Below are positions 56,187 through 64,000 of a stretch of 64,000 bases of DNA, piece after piece; positions within the stretch are counted from its first letter, which is position 1; each line of letters starts with the position of its first letter. The DNA lies in assembly GCA_965178125.1 (NCBI GenBank), contig OZ237770.1:248001-312000 (forward strand), read 5' to 3'. The position numbers were made by a program, and so were the translations under genes. The notes under the pieces were generated by a model. That model was not told the DNA's origin, did no database searches, and saw only the letters and a program-made list of their open reading frames with translations. This DNA comes from Bilabrum cf. latius (taxonomy: Eukaryota).

Positions 56187-56925
56187 TTCGAGTTGCGCAG
56201 CTATTTGCGTTCACTCCTGATCAGAAGCTAGCTGGGTTTTAGAACTAAGGTCTTACCGCCCGCACGACAGCAGGTTTGGCAAGATGGCAATTTCAACGTG
56301 CTATTCGCCGCAAGACCTGTTGCAGATAAAAATGGATATGAAGGAAGAGCTTGAAGCCATCCGATGTGACACTGGTACTATTCATGACACGGCAGGTGTG
56401 AACAGCTACGAACTAGAGCCTCGGACGAATCCCAAGCGAGCAAGAGGGAAGCTAGGAGACAGGCGACGCGGCGGTCAAGACTGCAGCCGCGCAAGTCATG
56501 CCTCATCAGGGACACACCGGCGGTATGACACGAGCCGCAAGCACCTTGGCTTTGCTGCAAGTATGCCTGATGATGCATTAAGTCGCAGTTCCCAACGCGA
56601 CGGTAGCTCTACCGCAAGTGGATCGACTGCAGCACGACAAGCATAGGCCCCTGCCACAAGACTCGCGCCACACGAGCATCCCGACCGACTCATGATGTTG
56701 CAACATAAAGCTGTGACTGACGATCTGCAGGCAACCTTGTCCTCCCTTTTGGTCGATGCTCCAGCAGCCGCCAGTGCGATCTCCAAAGAAGAGGCCGAGA
56801 ACAAAATCGTGTGCATGTTGGAGGCACAGGCACACCGCACAGGGGTCCGGGAAAGCCGTCTGCACTATGGGGGCATAATTTCCTCCGGCTCTAGATCGAC
56901 GTACTCGCGGGAACTCTCTCGGCTG

Positions 56926-57125
56926 NNNNNNNNNNNNNNNNNNNNNNNNNNNNNNNNNNNNNNNNNNNNNNNNNNNNNNNNNNNNNNNNNNNNNNNNNNN
57001 NNNNNNNNNNNNNNNNNNNNNNNNNNNNNNNNNNNNNNNNNNNNNNNNNNNNNNNNNNNNNNNNNNNNNNNNNNNNNNNNNNNNNNNNNNNNNNNNNNNN
57101 NNNNNNNNNNNNNNNNNNNNNNNNN
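56926..57125. other. Assembly gap (200 N)
   Basis: Run of N. Confidence 1.
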
Positions 57126-59532
57126 TCGCCGTTTTCGCCCCGTTCAAGCAAGCCGTCAAGCGAGCGATGCAGTGGCTAGAGGAGCAGCAGTCAAGCCATG
57201 CGAGATCGAAGGCGTACGCCGCCATGCAGGACGATAGCGACAGTGAGGATGAGGATGAGGACGCTGTGGAAGTGCACATGCCTGTCGAAGACGTACGTAG
57301 GCTCAACATTCGGAAGATCTACGAGCTCGTGGATGGGGTGGAGGAGAAGGAGCGCGCCATCAGTGACGAGTGGATCCCCCTGATCGTCAAGCTGTCAGTG
57401 GACGCTGCGATGACGGAGAGCAACATCAAGGCGGGCTTCCGGAAGTCGGGTATATACCCTTTGTGCCCAGAGTAGGCAATGACCTGGGTTCCCATGGAGG
57501 TGGAGGGCAAACCAGGCGCGGGGGCACCTGCTCCAGCCCCTACGGACGACGCTGCGAGCAAGCCTCTACTGCAACGGGTGAGCGACATGGCCGGCGCCAT
57601 TACGTCGAGCTATGACGTAGCAATGGAGGCAGACGTAGTGACGGGGTGTGTTACCAGTAAATCATCAGTGGGGTCCCCTGTTGCGACCCGGACACGTAGC
57701 ACGCCAAGGGGGAGCTCCCGGGCACCAACGCTCGGCGACATGGGCGCTAAGCTCGGCGAATCAGGTGCTATCGGTAGGGCAGCTGGTGTTGAAGAGAGTC
57801 TACGTTCAACCATGAACGGAGCTTTCTTAAAGAGACACTTGCGGCTGGGTGGGGACCTGCACATCGCGATGGATGGCATCAGCCTCGTAGCGGCGGAAGG
57901 CGCCCGGCAGCTGTCGAATAGTCGCAGTACTCGGACTGCCATGGCGGAGGGGAAAGCTTATAAGCTTCTTGATGAAGCTGAGACTGTACATGACCAGCGA
58001 AAGGAGGTCAGGGCGAAAGCACAGGCCAAGGTCTCGAAGAAGCAGAGTCTGCTGGACAAAATCAAGAAGCTGCAGGCCGAAAAACGGAGCGAAGTGCAGG
58101 AAAAGAATGCCCTCAAGCTGAAACTGAGGGAATAGAGCAAGTTGCTGGCGAATTAGCGGGCTCTGCTGGCAGATGAACGCAGGAAACGCCGTGCAGCTGA
58201 GAAGCAGCTTGCTCGAGTGCAGCAGCACGAGCAGCAGAACCTGCCTAGCCACGGCCCAGCCGCCCCCGGATCCAAGCGGATGAGGCAAGCAGACGCTAAT
58301 ACGGACTCATATGAAGTCGATGACACCCGCAAAAGTGCGAAAATCCCTGCAGGAGCTCGCAGCGGGGGTCTCAAGAGGGTGTCTCGCCCGTCCAAGCGCG
58401 CTCGCCAAGGTGTTTAACCCTGTGTCGCTGATATTGAAATTTGCTACTCCGCTAAACATTAGAATATACCATGATAATCTAGCAGATAAAAAATCGCTAA
58501 GGAAGGCTCAAAATTCACAGCGTGTGTGGGGACGAAAGCTAGTCCTCTTATGCGGCCTGCCGGGCGAAATTTCGTGGAATCCGTGCTCGGTGGCCGACGG
58601 CTGGAACTGCACCCGCTATATCTTCGTCAATATTGTCTTCTCAGGCCTAATATTTCACCACAGGCATATTATTGAAGTATATATTACATAACAATCAAAA
58701 ATTAGCTCTGTTATGATTACTAAAGGTTTGAACGCGGCCCCCGAAAATAGGCCCAATCGGCGATTTTTATTCCGGTAATGAGCCCCCTGACGGTTCGAGT
58801 TGCGCAGCTATTTGCGTTCACTCCTGATCAGAAGCTAGCTGGGTTTTAGAACTAAGGTCTTACCGCCCGCACGACAGCAGGTTTGGCAAGATGGCAATTT
58901 CAACGTGCTATTCGCCGCAAGACCTGTTGCAGATAAAAATGGATATGAAGGAAGAGCTTGAAGCCATCCGATGTGACACTGGTACTATTCATGACACGGC
59001 AGGTGTGAACAGCTACGAACTAGAGCCTCGGACGAATCCCAAGCGAGCAAGAGGGAAGCTAGGAGACAGGCGACGCGGCGGTCAAGACTGCAGCCGCGCA
59101 AGTCATGCCTCATCAGGGACACACCGGCGGTATGACACGAGCCGCAAGCACCTTGGCTTTGCTGCAAGTATGCCTGATGATGCATTAAGTCGCAGTTCCC
59201 AACGCGACGGTAGCTCTACCGCAAGTGGATCGACTGCAGCACGACAAGCATAGGCCCCTGCCACAAGACTCGCGCCACACGAGCATCCCGACCGACTCAT
59301 GATGTTGCAACATAAAGCTGTGACTGACGATCTGCAGGCAACCTTGTCCTCCCTTTTGGTCGATGCTCCAGCAGCCGCCAGTGCGATCTCCAAAGAAGAG
59401 GCCGAGAACAAAATCGTGTGCATGTTGGAGGCACAGGCACACCGCACAGGGGTCCGGGAAAGCCGTCTGCACTATGGGGGCATAATTTCCTCCGGCTCTA
59501 GATCGACGTACTCGCGGGAACTCTCTCGGCTG
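57126..59532 (+). repeat. Copy of 54519-56925 (2407 bp, offset 2607), likely contig overlap across the gap
   Basis: Identical ORF translations and sequence on both sides of the gap; the copy boundaries coincide with the gap edges. Confidence 0.9.
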
Positions 59533-61242
59533 GAGGCCAGAGCTGCGATTGAATCGCCTCTGATGCTCGTTTGCATTGCGAGCTGGTGGGTGCGCTTCTG
59601 TGTACAAGCTGATGCAGATTACGTGACCAGCAGAAATCCAAGAAGATACAACTCGCTTTTTCGAGACCTTGTGACGCAGGTCAATGCCTACGTTCGCAAG
59701 CACATTGAAGCCGTGCGCATCAGCGATGGTCCATAGCCCGGATGGTACGTGCGACTCAATGACGGCCGGTCACAGACTTAGCTCATCAGGTGCTCTCGTG
59801 CCTCCTGCCAATCAACTGCGAAAGAATGCGGCACCCAGCACTATGGACTGAGGCGTTTGATTACAGTACTTTCAATCCACCAGCTTTAGTCGCTCGTAGA
59901 TCAGCTCCGAAAGACTAGGCGAGACTCGGCTAGCAGTGGCCCTGCAGCAGTGCTTGCACGAACTAAGGCATTATTGCAAAGTATGGAGTCGTGTGACTCT
60001 ATTGTAGAGCAGGTGGCAGGCTTTCGGATTTTCGCAGTATCCAGTTTAGCGAGACCGGCGGTTGAAGCTGCCAGGCTTTGGCTGCGCATTGCATCCACCA
60101 CAATTGCTGACGATCGCGACGTAGACGGTGGCACTGCTTGGTACAGGGACTAGAGCCTTGAGACCGTTGTGCGGGAGGCATGTAAACTCCTGCGCAGCCT
60201 CACTCGCCCGGACTCTTCGGGGGTACAAGTTATTCCCGTTCCCTCAGATCGCCCACATCATGACTCGCTACTCTTTGAGGAATGCGATAGCGCCTGGACA
60301 AGCAAGGAGTGCATGGGATACAAAGTATCTCTGCTGGAGGTGCAGCTGGCAGAGTGCAAACTCTTGGATGCAGCAGTCATGCCGCAGTTGCTGGCTGGTC
60401 TGCGAAGGTTCGCCATGAGCGAAAGGGTAAGTCTCGAGTGTAGGTTCGAGTGCTGCGATCTGCTCAAGATAGCAAGCCATTGGCATGTTGTACCGGAGGT
60501 TAGCGGGGCTGCGGAAAATGCAAGCAACAGGGGCACGACCTTGGCCAGCCCTGCGAAAAGTGGCGCAGGTACAGGTGCTGGTGCTGGTGCTGGTGCTGGT
60601 GCTGGTGCTGGTGCTGGTGCTGGTGCTGGTGCTGGTGCTGGTGCTGGTGCTGGTGCTGGTGCTGGTGCTGGTGCTGGTGCTGGTGCTGGTGCTGGTGCTG
60701 GTGCTGGTGCTGGTGCTGGTGCTGGTGCTGGTGCTGGTGCTGGTGCTGGTGCTGGTGCTGGTGCTGGTGCTGGTGCTGGTGCTGGTGCTGGTGCTGGTGC
60801 TGGTGCTGGTGCTGGTGCTGGTGCTGTTGCTGGTTCTGGTGCTGGTGCTGGTGCTGGTGCTGGTGCTGGTGCTGGTGCTGGTGCTGGTGCTGTTGCTGGT
60901 GCTGGTGCTGGTGCTGATGCAGGTGCTGGTGCTGGTGCTGGTGCTGGTGCTGGTGCTGGTGCTGGTGCTGGTGCTGGTGCTGGTGCTGGTGCTGGTGCTG
61001 GTGCTGGTGCTGTTGCTGGTGCTGGTGCTGGTGCTGTTGCTGTTGCTGGTGCTGGTGCTGGTGCTGGTGCTGGTGCTGGTCCTGGTGCTGGTGCTGGTGC
61101 TGGTGCTGGTGCTGATGCAGGTGCAGGTGCTGGTACTGGTGCTGGTGCTGGTGCTGGTGCTGACCCAGATTGTAAGGCTGCTGATGCTACTGCCACTGGT
61201 GGCTCTGTCGCACGTTGCAGTAGGGGCAGCCGTTTGGTTTGA
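58891..61242 (+). CDS. Hypothetical protein with long poly(Gly-Ala) tract (5' part also at 56284-56925)
   Basis: ORFs 58891, 59299, 59950 and 60169 share one frame joined by TAGs at 59251, 59734, 59779, 59887 and 60151; ends TGA 61240-61242. Confidence 0.5.
60574..61161 (+). repeat. (GGTGCT)n hexanucleotide satellite, ~590 bp
   Basis: Directly visible; pure at the 5' end, with variant units toward the 3' end. Confidence 0.98.
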
Positions 61243-61332
61243 TGCCCTCGCCCAGAGACTAACCGGAATTAAGCCGCTCAATCATTTTCACAACTGCAGC
61301 AGCGTGACAAGCGCCGAGTCCGGCATCTTATA

Positions 61333-62250
61333 GTGGAGTACAAAGCCGTCAAGATCCAGCTTGACAGTGTGCTACTCGAGGTGTTGCGCGTGATGCGAGC
61401 AGCCATCGCCTCCAACAGAGCACGGCGATTTCTGACGTCGCCGCACCGAGGGCGGCGGGCCATCCTGCGAGTGGATGCCAGCGTGCAAGGCTTCGGTGGG
61501 ACGCTGCAGCTCATTGGGGGCACAGACGACATGGGCAGTGGGCGCTTGCTGGCTCATGGCCAGTTGCCATCGGACCTGACCTGCAACGACGCGCCGCACG
61601 CTGAGATGAGCGCCATCACCATCCTGGTGCAGCACTGGGCACCACTACTTCGGGGGAGAAATGTCTCGCTATTCTGCGACAACAAGCCGTGCGTGGACGC
61701 ATTGAAGGCCGGGGCCGCGAAGCAACGCGCATTGAATCGCCTGTTGATGCCGATGTTCGTGTCCACAACTGCCTTTGATTTTTTCCATCTTTGCGCAGCA
61801 CGTTTCCGATCGGAGGAACAAGGCAACATACCATCTCTCGAGGAACTGTGTGCGGCACCACTTCCCGCGCTCAGACGAGACGCTGGAGCGGCTGGCGTGT
61901 CCACAATGGTGCTGGCGGATATTGCGACCCGGCGCTGCCTCAGCGGTGGCGGTGAGAAAGGCCTGGGCTCGATCGCTTCGGCTCTACGTGACTTCCCTGC
62001 GTTCCGCAGGGACCGCGGCGAGCCCCTCGACCCCTGCCGGCCAGAAGCAGAGGAAATGAGGCAGCAGGCACTCCTGAATACAGCGTGCTGCGAGTACGCC
62101 TCTTGGCGTGGGGAAGACCCTGAAAGCTCGATCGGTGGATCCACGCTATGCAGCTACGTGTCCAATGTCTTTCGTGCGTATACTGGTATTAAGGAGACAG
62201 AGTCTGATTCGTTGTTGACGTCAAATGAGATGATACGCGTCTGTGCCTAA
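61333..62250 (+). pseudogene. Remnant of DIRS/Ngaro-like (tyrosine-recombinase) retrotransposon: RNase H domain and possible YR N-terminal fragment
   Basis: VDASVQGFGG...HAEMSAI...LRGRNVSLFCDNKPCV is the RT-associated RNase H signature; STLCSYVSNV resembles the YR N-terminal helix; no RT motif seen. Confidence 0.55.
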
Positions 62251-62371
62251 TAGGATAGGGCCAAGGTGGCAATGCAGGGAGCAAAGCACACGGTCCCTAG
62301 GGCGGGGAACAGGAACAGGAAGCCATGTAGCGACGAGGCCAGTCGACGTGCAAAGGGAAAGAGGTGTATAC

Positions 62372-63739
62372 CAGGGCTGCACTTTATTAAGGGCAAAACC
62401 TTAATAACAGGACCCAAGCTCGGCCATTAAGGTGGGTATTAAGGAGATTTTCAAAATAATCCATGCTATTAAGATCGAGTCTCTGGATCCTGGTGATATC
62501 TTCAGAATACTTGCAATCACGCATGATTTATAGCCCACAAATGATAAACAACATGCAACTAAACAACATAGTTTTGCAGTTATCCAGGCCGTGGCGCTGG
62601 CTGGATAGCCACAAGCAGCCACTATACGCTTCACTTGTGCTTGGTCACCAAGGCTCGCAGAACCGTCAGGCTTGCATGGTACGGGTACGGGCTGTAGCGA
62701 GAGCCCTTTAAGTGTACAGCGACCACTTGACGGGATGAAGGGTGGGCATGTACCGTGTAAAAGTAGCCTTCAGGTCCCAGGGTACAGACCACGATCCTGG
62801 ATGGTGCACTTGAACACCCTTGCTGCAGCCATCACTTCGATTTGAACCCCCACACACCGTCCCGCCGCATAGTCCTCACGTACTACTGCGAGCTCAGCAT
62901 CTTCTCCATGCCATCAGGCGTCTGCAGCATCTCCCCAACAACTGTCGAGCTCTTCTCGACCTCGTTTACGATGGCCAAGCGCAAACTTCGCGGCGATGAG
63001 GTCGTCGGACCCTTCGGAAGTAGCTGCACTCACGAATTGAACAAGCAGTTGCCGCCCCCTGCTGCCTGTCCGATGGCCTGCCGGGTAGATAACGATTACG
63101 TATGCCACAGATCCATCAACTCTGTACGGTCGATGGTGATCCCGGGCGCGAGTTCCTTGCTCAGGGCGGTAGCATGGTCAGCTTGCGCTGCGGCGGCACC
63201 TGCGTCTGCACCGGTCGGAGAAGCGCACTCTGTGCCTCCTCTACGCTAGGGCGCAATAGGCGATATATCCACCATATCCATCAGGTGGAACTCAACTGGT
63301 ACGTACATCCTGCGCAACGTCACGTGCTGCGAGCCAACTCAGCCTGGCTTCCAGCCGGTCGAAGTAAGCAGCCCTTGCCTCGCGGTATGCCTAAGCTTCG
63401 TACGAATCCATCAGCACCAGTCCATCTTCAGTAATGACGAATACAAAGCCAACGGCAGTGCTTGGTAGCGCCCACCACTTGTTCTTCTCGAGCCATGCCT
63501 TGCCAAAAACCGAGGAGCACGAACAGTCGGTGATTATATTGCTGATGAATTCATCCTCTTTAGTATCGCAGCGATGGCGTGCTTTCCCTTCGAATCCCAT
63601 GTCTTTGATGTGATTGCACGCTGCGTCCTCCAGCAAGACGCCAACGCTTTTGCTTCTGAAGCTATTAGGGCGCCCTGGTGCAAGCAGATGTAAGTCATCG
63701 TGATTCGTCAGCAGCTTATTAAGGTTAAGTGCAGCCCTG
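62372..63739 (-). mobile_element. Second, diverged hAT-like OTU-carrying element, inverted relative to 6617-8272
   Basis: Ends CAGGGCTGCACTT...AAGTGCAGCCCTG; flanks GTGTATAC / GTGTACAT (6 of 8 match); shares KAWLEKNKWW.LPSTAVGF...EDGLVLMDSYEA and GNCLFNS with the first element. Confidence 0.8.
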
Positions 63740-64000
63740 GTGTACATTTGCAGTATCAGAGGTATACTGCATTCAAGACGGTCCGGTCAAGACCCAGCCA
63801 TTCGGGGTCAAGCCTAGTAGGTCCGCGGGACTTAAGTACAGTGACCGGATTTGGAGTGCAACACGCTGTATAATCTGCATTCATTCAGCGCAAGCATTGC
63901 ATATAGCTTGTCAATTCCCCCGCTGCAACCTCAGCACCAGCGCACGTGACGGCTTCATCCACTCCTTCACACGGCCTCGGCCGCCTGGTGCTCTTCCTTC

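Noticed and set aside
54519-59532. Tandem duplication or second transposon copy with its own right TIR (58769-58793)
   Set aside because: The copies appear identical and their boundaries coincide exactly with a 200-N gap; most likely an unmerged contig overlap.
60258-61333. Long poly-PA, poly-ST and poly-VL ORFs
   Set aside because: Alternative frames of the stop-free GGTGCT satellite.

Overview
GC-rich eukaryotic nuclear DNA from a protist with GT-AG spliceosomal introns of about 90-320 bp. A fused DHFR-TS and a DRC8/EFCAB2 gene point to a flagellated bikont; stramenopile-like is only my inference. The main result is a non-standard genetic code: in-frame TAG codons interrupt most genes and sit at conserved Gln positions (H+-PPase, DnaJ, PINK1-like kinase, and reciprocally between paralogs in this window), while every gene end I could place is TGA or TAA. 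UAG therefore appears to encode Gln while UAA stays a stop, a rare uncoupling of the two UAR codons. Read with TAG=Gln, the fragmented ORF track collapses into about 20 genes: GIDE/MUL1-like, Patched/NPC1-like, ankyrin protein, secreted protein, EGF/tenascin-like, SAM50, DHFR-TS, a five-member orphan family, DNAJC21, beta-helix protein, type II H+-PPase, QTRT2, DRC8, tetraspanin, TM9SF and an ankyrin-coiled-coil-PINK1-like kinase. Mobile DNA comprises an apparently intact pogo/Fot1-like DD35D transposon whose transposase has 15 TAGs, two hAT-like TIR elements carrying decayed OTU-protease sequence, and a DIRS/Ngaro-like RNase H remnant. A 2.4-kb duplication flanking a 200-N gap is probably an assembly artefact. 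All homology calls come from motif recognition by eye; no searches were run.
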